A DNA stretch of 63,945 nucleotides, filler included, from Saprolegnia diclina VS20 (taxonomy: Eukaryota): NCBI RefSeq assembly GCF_000281045.1. It is 7 parts of 3 records of this genome, joined end to end, with 100 filler letters (N's around TTAATTAATTAA, not from the genome) between each part and the next. Parts side by side here need not be neighbours in the genome. Positions count along the whole stretch, not along the records: positions 1 to 24,266 come from NW_008246072.1; positions 24,367 to 39,226 come from NW_008246072.1; 5 more parts are not named here. The stretch is one strand, 5' to 3'. A program made the position numbers and the translations under genes. Below, piece after piece: positions 23,636 to 33,591 of this stretch. How positions within the stretch are numbered: the stretch's first letter is position 1; each line of letters starts with the position of its first letter. The notes beneath the pieces are model-generated. The model did not search any database and had not been told where the DNA came from. It saw only the letters and a program-made list of their open reading frames with translations.

Positions 23636-24266
23636 ATGTCGCAACACATGTTCGACCTCGCAAAGTCTACTCTCGCGAGACATGCGTATTGCAGCAAGCG
23701 GATGGACCCTCCCGTTGCACCCCGCCTTCGTGTCCAAGGGTTTGACGAAGATCTTCTTTGGCCCTTGCCGCCGCACCAAGTGGCGGCACTCCGTGCTCTT
23801 TTTCCGGGCTCCTCGATCGTGATTCCGTCGCACACGATCATTGACCTCGACGATGAGCTCGAGGTCCTATTCGAGTACAAGACCGTCAGCGGCGGCATCC
23901 ACCCGTATGACATGGGTGATTGGATGCTTAACTCGCTCACGATCGACACGGTCGGCGACGCGGCATCGTGGACGCAAGTGCAGGAAGACGCCATGGCCTT
24001 TGGTACCACGGTACACGTGCTTCCGTCGGACGCTGTCGGTGGCGCCGTCACCGCCTCGTACGACGACCGATCCTCGACGTGGGAGTCCGTCGATGACTGC
24101 GTACTTGCCTTTTGGAACGCTTGCTCGGTGCATGTGGCGCCCATTACGTCGGGTGCCCGCGCAATGCTTGTCTTTGGCATGAGTCGAATAGATGACGAGA
24201 ACTCTAGTGACAGCGACAGCGATCGCGGCAGGCACTACTACAGCAACAACACCATATACCCGAGTG
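23636..24266 (+). CDS. Third 2OG-oxygenase-like paralogue, 5' part, truncated by gap
   Basis: Near-identical N-terminus to the 19782 gene in opposite orientation; runs into Ns. Confidence 0.75.
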
Positions 24267-24310
24267 NNNNNNNNNNNNNNNNNNNNNNNNNNNNNNNNNN
24301 NNNNNNNNNN

Positions 24311-24322
24311 TTAATTAATTAA
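24311..24322. other. Artificial contig spacer TTAATTAATTAA within Ns (also 39271, 50510, 58075, 59961, 62394)
   Basis: Identical six-frame-stop linker flanked by equal-length N runs at six places. Confidence 0.97.
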
Positions 24323-24955
24323 NNNNNNNNNNNNNNNNNNNNNNNNNNNNNNNNNNNNNNNNNNNNTGGCTTCACCCATGGACGAGTGCAGACAACGCGG
24401 TTGCCTTTTGCCCCACGTTTTCCATCGCGAGAAGCGAGAAGGAGAGGAAAAGCTCTCCTTATCACTCCTCCTGATTCGACCAACACCGACGCAGGTTTGC
24501 GAGCTACATATATGTATTGGCGCATGCCACGATCGCATCCACTCAGCTGGTACTCACCAATGCACTGCGTTAGCAACGGCGTTCGCATTCATTCCTGGTC
24601 CACCGCCCTCTGGAGCTCTGCATGTAGAGAGACATTCATTTGACTTGCGAATCATGTTTGCTGTCCAATCTTTCGTGCAAGGGAAAATGATGTTCAAACG
24701 AAGAGTTTTGGCACTGCCAAGAACCAAAGAGGGTGCTCAGCGTTATCACCAGCATGCATACCGTATGTCCACATAAATATTCGGGATACACTCTATCCAA
24801 AGGACCTAATACCGGTATCCTGGCTTCGATCCCCGCGACCCGCATGATGACTCAGATTCCACTGCGCTAAAATATATTGCAGCTCAATTTTCTCCGGACT
24901 ACTATAGTCCATATGGCCAGTCGCTGGCCGCTGGCTTTTTCGGACTTGCTCCTAG

Positions 24956-25047
24956 AGGACCCCCGGTCACCCATGTATCTGTTACAAAAGCCTGGGCAAA
25001 ACCTCGGGGGGCCTTGGGGTCGGAGGGCCTACCCTAGGGTCCCAAAG
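24956..25047. mobile_element. One end of a small TIR element (MITE-like); other end at 50928..51035
   Basis: Terminus AGGACCCCCGGTC after GCTCCTAG; partner terminus AGGACCCCTGGTC after CTAGGAGC; empty site at 51775-51782. Confidence 0.7.
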
Positions 25048-25730
25048 NNNNNNNNNNNNNNNNNNNNNNNNNNNNNNNNNNNNNNNNNNNNNNNNNNNNN
25101 NNNNNNNNNNNNNNNNNNNNNNNNNNNNNNNNNNNNNNNNNNNNNNNNNNNNNNNNNNNNNNNNNNNNNNNNNNNNNNNNNNNNNNNNNNNNNNNNNNNN
25201 NNNNNNNNNNNNNNNNNNNNNNNNNNNNNNNNNNNNNNNNNNNNNNNNNNNNNNNNNNNNNNNNNNNNNNNNNNNNNNNNNNNNNNNNNNNNNNNNNNNN
25301 NNNNNNNNNNNNNNNNNNNNNNNNNNNNNNNNNNNNNNNNNNNNNNNNNNNNNNNNNNNNNNNNNNNNNNNNNNNNNNNNNNNNNNNNNNNNNNNNNNNN
25401 NNNNNNNNNNNNNNNNNNNNNNNNNNNNNNNNNNNNNNNNNNNNNNNNNNNNNNNNNNNNNNNNNNNNNNNNNNNNNNNNNNNNNNNNNNNNNNNNNNNN
25501 NNNNNNNNNNNNNNNNNNNNNNNNNNNNNNNNNNNNNNNNNNNNNNNNNNNNNNNNNNNNNNNNNNNNNNNNNNNNNNNNNNNNNNNNNNNNNNNNNNNN
25601 NNNNNNNNNNNNNNNNNNNNNNNNNNNNNNNNNNNNNNNNNNNNNNNNNNNNNNNNNNNNNNNNNNNNNNNNNNNNNNNNNNNNNNNNNNNNNNNNNNNN
25701 NNNNNNNNNNNNNNNNNNNNNNAGCGAGAG

Positions 25731-25746
25731 CTCATTTTTCAATTGC
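25731..25746 (+). promoter_or_regulatory. INR+FPR-like core promoter of the AAA ATPase gene
   Basis: CTCATTTTTCAATTGC starting 45 nt upstream of ATG 25776. Confidence 0.5.
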
Positions 25747-25775
25747 AAACCTCAGCAACAGTAGCCACGCTAACC

Positions 25776-27398
25776 ATGACGATGGACTCGTCCAGTCTTC
25801 TCCAAGTCGGTCTCGCTTCGTCGCTGCGCACGGGCCATTTTCTACTTGACGCGGGCATCTGTCTCCTCCTCCCCGTTCTCTTTTCGTTCCTTTTTGCGTC
25901 CGAGTCGTCCACCTCATGGGCCGAGTCGTTCGACAAGCTCCTCGTGTGCCTCGGTGTAGCGCCCCGCCGCGTCGTCCGCGTCATCCAAACCAAGATTCGC
26001 ATCGGCACCTTTCGTACGACCTACAACGACTCGGAACACAGCCATCTCTTGCAGCGTGCAATCGCCTACTACTTAAGCTCGACGGTCGACATGGCGTCAA
26101 AGTGCACCGCTCGCCTCGAGCTTGTCACGGGTTTGAACGCCGTGTCCAGGCTCGAACCCGATGCGCCGACCAAGGAGCCGAGCTCATTTCGCGATCCGGT
26201 GCCCAGCCCCGACATCACGATGCTAGAAATTCACGCTCTTCCGCCGCTTCGCGAGTGGATCGACGTGGCCCCCGAGATTGCACTTTACCACGAGATTGAC
26301 GACCATTCGACGCAGCGTCAAGGGCGGTCGGACAGCGACGAGAAGTGTACCACCGTGAAGTACAAGCTTCGGTCGTTTGCACCCGACGGAGCAGCGCGCA
26401 TCAACGCATTTGTCGACAAGGCCTTTGCATCGTACCAAGATGCGATCGTCGCCCAGAAGCTCCGGGACAAGACGCGGTACATGTACGTTGCGGCGCAGAC
26501 ACCAGTGGCAACGACGACGGGCACGGACGCGAAACCCATTGTGCCGCTCTCGTCCTTTAGGCGCTATGCGTTGAGCGACCACAAGACGTTCGACAGTCTC
26601 TTCTTCTCGTCCAAGACCTCGCTCCTCGATCTCCTCGACACGTTTACGGCCAAGAAAGGCAAGTACGCCATCCAAGGGTTCCCCCACAAGCTCGGGTTCC
26701 TGCTCCACGGGCCACCGGGCACAGGCAAGACGAGTCTCATCAAAGCGATTGCGCAGTACACCAAGCGCCACATCGTCAACATTTCGCTCGCAAATGTCAA
26801 GACAAACCAAGAGCTCATGGACTACATGCTCGATCTGCGCATGAACGTACCAGGCGAAGACATGCCAATCAAGCTGAGCTACGACAAGGTGGTGTTTGTG
26901 ATGGAAGACGTTGACTGCGCGTCCGAGGTCGTCCATGCGCGCAAGGACGTTGCCTCTGCAGTCGAGCCGGTGGTCGTCGAGCCGACGGCTTCGTTTGGCA
27001 GCACGGTGATCACGCTCGCCCAGCCCCAAGACAAGTGTGTCGTGCATGATGGGCTCAACCTGAGCGGCCTCCTCAACGTACTCGACGGTGTTGTCGACAT
27101 GTCGGGCCGCATCCTCATCATGACGTCCAACCACCCCGAGAAGCTCGACCCGGCGCTCATTCGCCCTGGCCGCATCGACGAGCAGCTGTACATGGGCGTC
27201 ATGGACGCTACCCAAGCCACGCTCATGGTGCAGCACTACTTTGCGACGACGTTGACGACCGACGAGAAAGATGAGATTGAGAATGCTGTCACCAAGTGCG
27301 CGATATCGCCCGCGCAAGTCGAGAACCTCTGCGCCAAGCACCGCGACCTCCACGACATGCTCACTGCGTTGACGGCCCATGCTGACATGTCGTTCTAA
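25776..27398 (+). CDS. BCS1-like AAA+ ATPase
   Basis: Walker A GPPGTGKT, Walker B VFVMEDVD, LSGLLNVLDG, TSNHPEKLDPALIRPGRID; N-terminal hydrophobic segment. Confidence 0.93.
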   Translation: MTMDSSSLLQVGLASSLRTGHFLLDAGICLLLPVLFSFLFASESSTSWAESFDKLLVCLGVAPRRVVRVIQTKIRIGTFRTTYNDSEHSHLLQRAIAYYLSSTVDMASKCTARLELVTGLNAVSRLEPDAPTKEPSSFRDPVPSPDITMLEIHALPPLREWIDVAPEIALYHEIDDHSTQRQGRSDSDEKCTTVKYKLRSFAPDGAARINAFVDKAFASYQDAIVAQKLRDKTRYMYVAAQTPVATTTGTDAKPIVPLSSFRRYALSDHKTFDSLFFSSKTSLLDLLDTFTAKKGKYAIQGFPHKLGFLLHGPPGTGKTSLIKAIAQYTKRHIVNISLANVKTNQELMDYMLDLRMNVPGEDMPIKLSYDKVVFVMEDVDCASEVVHARKDVASAVEPVVVEPTASFGSTVITLAQPQDKCVVHDGLNLSGLLNVLDGVVDMSGRILIMTSNHPEKLDPALIRPGRIDEQLYMGVMDATQATLMVQHYFATTLTTDEKDEIENAVTKCAISPAQVENLCAKHRDLHDMLTALTAHADMSF

Positions 27399-27857
27399 GA
27401 CCATTTTGCTCCTCTGACTCTGTCATACATCACCAACGCTGACTTTAAAATGTGATAACATGGCTAATGTTGCTATCAGGAACCTCTACGTCCTCGCACG
27501 ATCTACTACGCGACAAATAGGAATGGATTCCACGCGACGTAGCTCATTTCCAACGACCAAGCCAACTTCCATACACTTGGGCGTACCGTGATATATTCAA
27601 CGTCATTGCGTTCGTGATTGTCGTAAAAAGGTTGGTCAGAGGGCAAATGGGTTGATGTGATCTCAGTGTTTGGGCTCCTTGGTTTTGGGGTTCTGTCGTT
27701 GTCTTGGTTCCTGGAAGCAAGGGTCAATTAACCTTTGCTGGAAGCTGCTCCTGAAGCGAAGCTTGGGCTCGCGATCAGCATCACCTCCAGGAACACTCAA
27801 GGAACCTTCCGCAATGGAATTTTATCCGGATATGTCATTTCCCGTTTGACGCACGAG

Positions 27858-29453
27858 ATGACCACGGACAACCGAGCGGCAATGTGGCAGCAATCGCCGA
27901 TTGCGCTGCAGATTCTGCACTACCTCGACGACGACGATGACGCACACGCCTTTCTTCAAGCGGCGCCCAATGGCAGCCTTGATGACGCGCTCGACGCGCT
28001 ACGGACGCTCTTGGCCATGGACGTGGAGCTGCCACTCTGGCCCACGCCGCACGCCGCCAGTCTCAACAAAGCCTACTACGTCGATCCTGGTGTCGTCACG
28101 AATGCGCTCTCTGCTTTCAAGAAGATTACTTTTGTGAGCGGTCAGGAGCTTTTGCGCATTTGCCACAACACGGTCCTGTCACCAACGACGGCCGTGCACG
28201 CAAACTTTCGAGACCATGTCCTTAGCGTCCGCGCGGCACTAGGCAATTGGCTGCCCAACCTCGTGAATCTTCGGGTCGCGGGTCTGGACTTTGTGGACTT
28301 TGTGGCCGTCATCAAGACCGATCTCTCGGCTTGCCATGGCCTGCGTACACTGACGATGAGCCAAGAAGAGGCGGTAGACCAAGGCACCTTTGACGCTGTC
28401 CTGACGGCTGTCGTCGCAAATTGCCCCCACGTCGAACGCATCAGCGTCAGCTCGTCCGAAATTTCGCACATGTCGGACGGCAGAACCCTCCTCACGTGGC
28501 TGGCGCTGCCAACCGCGCGTCATCTGGAGCTGGACAGTACCGACTTTCAAGGCGCGCTTGGCACAGACCTTGCAGCGGCAATTCTAGTGTCGAATACGCT
28601 GGAGACGATCGAGTTGCTGCAAGTCTCAAGCCTTGTACGCGCGGTGACGAGTTTGTCGTCGCCGCCACTGCCCCAGCAACTGCGGCACTTGGTGATCTGG
28701 GACTATTTACTAGAAGACGACAGCTACGATTCGAACAATGACGACGACGCCGCCGCCCCACCACCGGCATTTGACGAAGCGGACATGGCTGCCCTCGCCG
28801 CCAAGATCGCGACATCGCGCCTCGAAAGCTTGCGTTTGTGGCTACGAGCGCCGTGCGATGCCGCGTCAGTCCTTTCCATCTTGCTGGAGGTACCAACACT
28901 AACCAAATTTGCGCTCCAGGAAGCGACTCTGACCTCGTTTCCGCCTCTGATGCAGATTTTGCATCTCGAGCTGAGCTGGGTAACGTTATCAGACGAGGCC
29001 ATCGTGTCGCTCGCGGCGCTGCTTCGCTCGTCGCCCAAGCTCGTGCAGCTTGATCTTGGCAACCACCAGCTTCCAGACCACCAAGCCAACACGATCATGC
29101 GTGCATTGCCACAATGGCTGAGCCATCGAGGTTCTGCATGCAGCGTCTACCTTGCGATCAAGAGCGATGCGTGTGCCAGTGCTTTTGCGACGGCACTCGC
29201 GCAGACACGCAACACACACAAGGTCACGATCACAGTCTCGGCCTACGGCCTCTCCCTCGCAGCCAAAAAGCTTGTCGTCGCGGCGCTAGCGTTGACGTGG
29301 CAGATGTCGCTGTCTTTTTTCGGTCCCGATTCTCTCGAAGACATTGCGCTGGAAGCGTACGGTCGGCAGCACCATCTGACAATCACATATCGCAAGATGC
29401 ACGAAGCCAAGCTGCACTCGTTCCACTCGCCGCGTACGACGACGACCTACTAG
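27858..29453 (+). CDS. F-box-like/LRR (RNI-like) family protein, copy A
   Basis: N-terminal PIALQILHYLDD..AFL..LDDALDALRTLL..LWP; LxxLxL repeats; C-terminal FHSP. Confidence 0.8.
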   Translation: MTTDNRAAMWQQSPIALQILHYLDDDDDAHAFLQAAPNGSLDDALDALRTLLAMDVELPLWPTPHAASLNKAYYVDPGVVTNALSAFKKITFVSGQELLRICHNTVLSPTTAVHANFRDHVLSVRAALGNWLPNLVNLRVAGLDFVDFVAVIKTDLSACHGLRTLTMSQEEAVDQGTFDAVLTAVVANCPHVERISVSSSEISHMSDGRTLLTWLALPTARHLELDSTDFQGALGTDLAAAILVSNTLETIELLQVSSLVRAVTSLSSPPLPQQLRHLVIWDYLLEDDSYDSNNDDDAAAPPPAFDEADMAALAAKIATSRLESLRLWLRAPCDAASVLSILLEVPTLTKFALQEATLTSFPPLMQILHLELSWVTLSDEAIVSLAALLRSSPKLVQLDLGNHQLPDHQANTIMRALPQWLSHRGSACSVYLAIKSDACASAFATALAQTRNTHKVTITVSAYGLSLAAKKLVVAALALTWQMSLSFFGPDSLEDIALEAYGRQHHLTITYRKMHEAKLHSFHSPRTTTTY

Positions 29454-29682
29454 CGACTTTGAGATGCACCACGCCGCCGTAGCACATAACACTCCCCGTA
29501 CCAATTGCGTGTTTTCGCGTCCAGAAGGAGGAGCAACCTTCTCACATGTGGTTTTCAGGTCTTGCGAGAAGGAGACCATTTTGGGCTGCCTGTCCTGCCT
29601 TAGATGGCCCTGTCGTACGTGTGCTTCAACAATTATCGGTTCTCGCGGTCACGGATTCCAAGTTGAAGAACACAATATGTCG

Positions 29683-31323
29683 CTAGTTTGTTATTTGTAA
29701 ATGCGTCGAGGTCGTTGGCGAGAGGAACGAGTACCCTTTGATACCGACGCCGTGCTCCGCGCTTAAGGCTTCTAGCTCTTGTTTGGCCGTACTACCATGG
29801 AAAGGAGAGATCGTGAAGAGCACGGCCATACGCGATGTTGATCCGAGCGCCGCGACAAGGTGCTTTGTTGCTTCTAAGGAAAGGCCAGAGCTCCAGACCC
29901 AAAACTTGACCCTGTGCGAATTGCGCGTCCGCGTGAGCGCCGTCGCAAAGGCGCGGGCATGCGCATCACTCTTGATACCAAGGCGAATCTTGCATGTCGT
30001 ACCTCGATGACTCAGCCACGCGGGCAGCGCATCAAAAATCATTTTGGCTTGGTGGTCTGGGAGCTCGTCGTACCAAAGATCAAGCTCCACGAGCTTTGGG
30101 GACGAGCAAAGCAACGCCGCTAGCGACGCGATAGCGTCGTCCGAAAATGTCACGTGGTTGAGCGTGAGATGCCAAAGGTGGCGCAGTGGCGGGAACGACG
30201 TCACGTGCGCCGTCCGAAGCACGAGTTTGGCCAACTTTGGGAGCTGCAACAAGGCAGTCACGACCGGCGTGAGATCGCATGGGACTTCCAAATGCAGCTC
30301 CAGACTCGCCAGGTCCGAGGTCGCGATCTTGGCTGCGAGTGCCACCGTGTCCGCTGGGCTGAATGGCGGTTGGGAAGCGTCGTCGTCGGAACAGCGCGAT
30401 CTGTCAAAGTGCATACGCAGGTGGCGCAGCTGGTGGGGCAGTCGTGGCGATGACGCGCGCATGACGACGCGTGCAAGACTTGGCATATCGATAAGCTCTA
30501 TCGTTTCGAGCGTCGCCGACGACAGTATTGCTGTCGCTACCTCGTCATCGGCGTCGTCTCGGAAGTCGACGAGATCGAGGCGGAGATGGCGCGTCGCCGG
30601 ACGTGCGAGCCACGCGACGAGGGGCTTGCTGTTTGAATAGTCGCTGGATGGACCAAGACTAAGACATTCGAGCTCGGGGCACATCACAGAGACGACGGTC
30701 AGCAAATCGACACCGTCGTATGAGTAGAACGGATCGCATTGGTCCAAATAGAGCCCGCGTAGGCGCGGACACGCTTTGAGAGCCTCTTGTACTACAGTGT
30801 CGGAGCTCAGAGAGTCATCACTTTCGAGCGTGAGGAACTTGACATTCGGGAGCCAGCGGCCCAAACCAGCACGGACATTGGTAACTTCGTACTTGCTTGG
30901 GAGTTTTCTGCCCCGCAATGAATACGAACGCCCAGCGTGGAACACTGATGCATGAACGACCGTCGTCGGTGGCAGCGTCGTGCCGTGACAAATTTCGTAA
31001 GTGTGATAAAAACCTTGGTCGTACTCGACTTTCAGCGTCGCGAACGCTGGGAGCGCCCGCGCCACGACGCTCGGCCAGCTGCCGTATGCGCCGTCCAGGT
31101 CTCCAATGTAAGGAGTTGGCCACCGCGCAAATGTGTAGTCGTTCGTCAAACAAAGAAGTGTCCGAAGCGAGTCGAGCGCGTCGTCGAGCGTGCCATCGGG
31201 TGCCGCGGCAAGAAACGCGTACACATCGTCAGCGTCGTCGAGGTAGTGCAGAACCTCCAGCACAAGGTGTGGTAGCAGCCATGGCGCCGTCGTTACCCTG
31301 ACTCGTGTCGCGTTGGTCGTCAT
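29683..31323 (-). CDS. F-box-like/LRR family protein, copy B (inverted)
   Basis: WLLPHLVLEVLHYLDDADD; colinear with the other copies. Confidence 0.8.
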   Translation of the reverse strand: MTTNATRVRVTTAPWLLPHLVLEVLHYLDDADDVYAFLAAAPDGTLDDALDSLRTLLCLTNDYTFARWPTPYIGDLDGAYGSWPSVVARALPAFATLKVEYDQGFYHTYEICHGTTLPPTTVVHASVFHAGRSYSLRGRKLPSKYEVTNVRAGLGRWLPNVKFLTLESDDSLSSDTVVQEALKACPRLRGLYLDQCDPFYSYDGVDLLTVVSVMCPELECLSLGPSSDYSNSKPLVAWLARPATRHLRLDLVDFRDDADDEVATAILSSATLETIELIDMPSLARVVMRASSPRLPHQLRHLRMHFDRSRCSDDDASQPPFSPADTVALAAKIATSDLASLELHLEVPCDLTPVVTALLQLPKLAKLVLRTAHVTSFPPLRHLWHLTLNHVTFSDDAIASLAALLCSSPKLVELDLWYDELPDHQAKMIFDALPAWLSHRGTTCKIRLGIKSDAHARAFATALTRTRNSHRVKFWVWSSGLSLEATKHLVAALGSTSRMAVLFTISPFHGSTAKQELEALSAEHGVGIKGYSFLSPTTSTHLQITN

Positions 31324-31642
31324 GTGGGAAATTGCGTAATGGAAAAAACTCGGTGGCTCGTTCAACTTGATCATTTTCATCAACTTTTTTCATCACGGAT
31401 GCACATTTATCATCGTTCTTGTGTCGAACGCCTTTGATTTGAGCTCGAGCCACGGCTGCGACGATAGCTGAAATACGCAACTTCGAGTGTTTCATGCCCA
31501 TGCACGCTAGTTGTACCAACTTGCAGCGTCCAAAAAATGGTTTGCACGTCGTTTTTCCACATCAAAAGTGAAGCGCCAAAAATACTCAAAGAACCTTCTG
31601 GGAACCTTCCCAGCCGCGCCCGCCCCGCCCACAACACACCAA

Positions 31643-33214
31643 ATGACCGCTGACAACCGAGCGACATCGGCGCCATGGCTGCTGCCGCCGATCGCGCTGC
31701 AGATTCTGCACTACTTCGACGACACCGACGACGCACGCGCCTTTCTTTTAGCAGCGCCCAACGACAGCCTCGATGACGCGCTCAATGCGCTCCGGATGCT
31801 CTTCGCCATGGGCCTGGAGCTGCCGATGTGGCCGACGCCACGCCTGTCGAGTCTGGACGCGGCCTATCACGATTGCCCCAACATCGTCACGAAAGCGCTT
31901 CCTCTCTTCAAAACGATAGCGGTCGATTGCAGCCAGGACTGCTCGAGCATTTGCCAAATCACAGTCCTGCCACCGACGACCGTCGTGAGCGCTGTCGTCC
32001 AATACGACGTCACCAGCGTCTGCACCGGCCTCGGTAAGTGGCTTCCGAATCTCGTGAATCTCATGGTCACGACACCATCCCATGTGGACTTCGCGGCTGT
32101 CGTCAAGGACAGCCTCTCGTCGTGCCCGCGCCTGAGGTCGCTGACCATAAACCAAGACGACGTGCTTACGCAAGATACGTTTGACGCTGCGCTGATCGCT
32201 GTTGTCGCAGCGTGCCCCCAGGCCGAACGCATCGTCATGAATTCGACCAAACGCTCGCCCCTGTCGGACTGCAAAACGCTTCTCGCTTGGTTGGCGCTGC
32301 CGACTGCGCGCCATCTTGAGCTCAATGGCACCGACTTTCAAGGCGAGCCGAGTGCCGAGCTCGCGACGGCTATGCTCACGTCGACTAGACTGGAGACAAT
32401 CGAGCTGCTCGAAGCCCCGAGCCTTGCGCGCGCGATCTTAAGTCCATCGTCGCCACCACTGCCCCGTCAACTGCGTCACCTGGCGATTTGGGACTATACG
32501 CGGGACATGAATGACGTCAGCCCACCGCTGGCTTTTGACGAAGCGGACATGGCCGACCTCGCCGCCAAGATCGCAAACTCCCACCTCAAAAGCTTGGATT
32601 TGTGGCTTGAAGCTCCGTGCGATGCCACGTCCGTCCTTTGTGTATCGGCCCACATACCAACACTGACCAAATTAGCGGCCAGGAAGGCAACTCTGACCTC
32701 GTTTCCGCCTCTGACGCAGCTTTTGCATCTCGAGTTGAGCTCGGTGACGCTCTCGGACAAGGCCGTCGAGTCACTAGCGGCACTGCTTCGCTCGTCGCCC
32801 AAGCTGGTACAGCTTCACCTTGGCAACGACCCGCTTCCGATCTCCCAAGCCAATACGATCTTGCGCGCGCTACCGCAATGGCTAAGCCACCGAGGTTCTG
32901 CATGCGGCGTCCACCTTGCGATCCAGAGCGATGCGTGCGCCACTGCGTTTGCTGCAGCGCTGGCTCAGACGAGCAACACGCACAAGGTCAAGATCACGGT
33001 CTCGGCTCGCGGTCTCTCGGTCAAAGCCAAGACACGCATTGTCGCGGCGTTAGCGTCGACGTCGCGAATGGCACTGGTTTTCAGCGGATTCCAAAATCTA
33101 ATGGAAGACGCAGATCTGGAAGCATGTGGACGGCAACACCATTTGACGATCGTGTATCTCAAGCAGCACCCTCGGGACATCAAGCACACCTGGTTCCACT
33201 CGCCACGCAAGTAA
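31643..33214 (+). CDS. F-box-like/LRR family protein, copy C
   Basis: MTADNRATSAPWLLPPIALQIL; colinear paralogue. Confidence 0.8.
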   Translation: MTADNRATSAPWLLPPIALQILHYFDDTDDARAFLLAAPNDSLDDALNALRMLFAMGLELPMWPTPRLSSLDAAYHDCPNIVTKALPLFKTIAVDCSQDCSSICQITVLPPTTVVSAVVQYDVTSVCTGLGKWLPNLVNLMVTTPSHVDFAAVVKDSLSSCPRLRSLTINQDDVLTQDTFDAALIAVVAACPQAERIVMNSTKRSPLSDCKTLLAWLALPTARHLELNGTDFQGEPSAELATAMLTSTRLETIELLEAPSLARAILSPSSPPLPRQLRHLAIWDYTRDMNDVSPPLAFDEADMADLAAKIANSHLKSLDLWLEAPCDATSVLCVSAHIPTLTKLAARKATLTSFPPLTQLLHLELSSVTLSDKAVESLAALLRSSPKLVQLHLGNDPLPISQANTILRALPQWLSHRGSACGVHLAIQSDACATAFAAALAQTSNTHKVKITVSARGLSVKAKTRIVAALASTSRMALVFSGFQNLMEDADLEACGRQHHLTIVYLKQHPRDIKHTWFHSPRK

Positions 33215-33397
33215 TAAAATCGTTTCTCGCAAGGAGAGCCCGCGCAAAGCCACGCAGTGTTGCTTTTACTCGAACAACAACCAAGTGGCGCATCGCTGTA
33301 TTATATTTTCACAATGGCGAGCGTGCTCAGGGGGCAATGGGCGTTCATTACTGCCAGGACCTCGGGTGAGGTGAGGCGGGTTGCTTGGTATAAGTCG

Positions 33398-33481
33398 AGC
33401 TCTAAAATGCTAGCTCTACGACCAGCTCTAAAATGCTAGCTCTACGACCAGCTCTAAAATGCTAGCTCTACGACCAGCTCT
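33398..33481. repeat. 26-bp minisatellite x3 plus partial copy (AGCTCTAAAATGCTAGCTCTACGACC)
   Basis: Three perfect copies at 33398, 33424 and 33450 plus AGCTCT. Confidence 0.95.
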
Positions 33482-33591
33482 TCAACGGCGCTAGATGCCA
33501 CGTGAGTGCGGGAATTGCCACGCGTGGGAAATATGTGGGAAACGCACCGTGAAGCAGAGTATTTCACATGTTTTACACGTTGCCATTGAAA

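Noticed and set aside
24311..24322. Recurrent TTAATTAATTAA palindrome as a biological site
   Set aside because: Always centred in N runs; artificial contig linker.
33398..33481. CRISPR-like array
   Set aside because: Head-to-tail units with no spacers; eukaryotic context; no cas genes.
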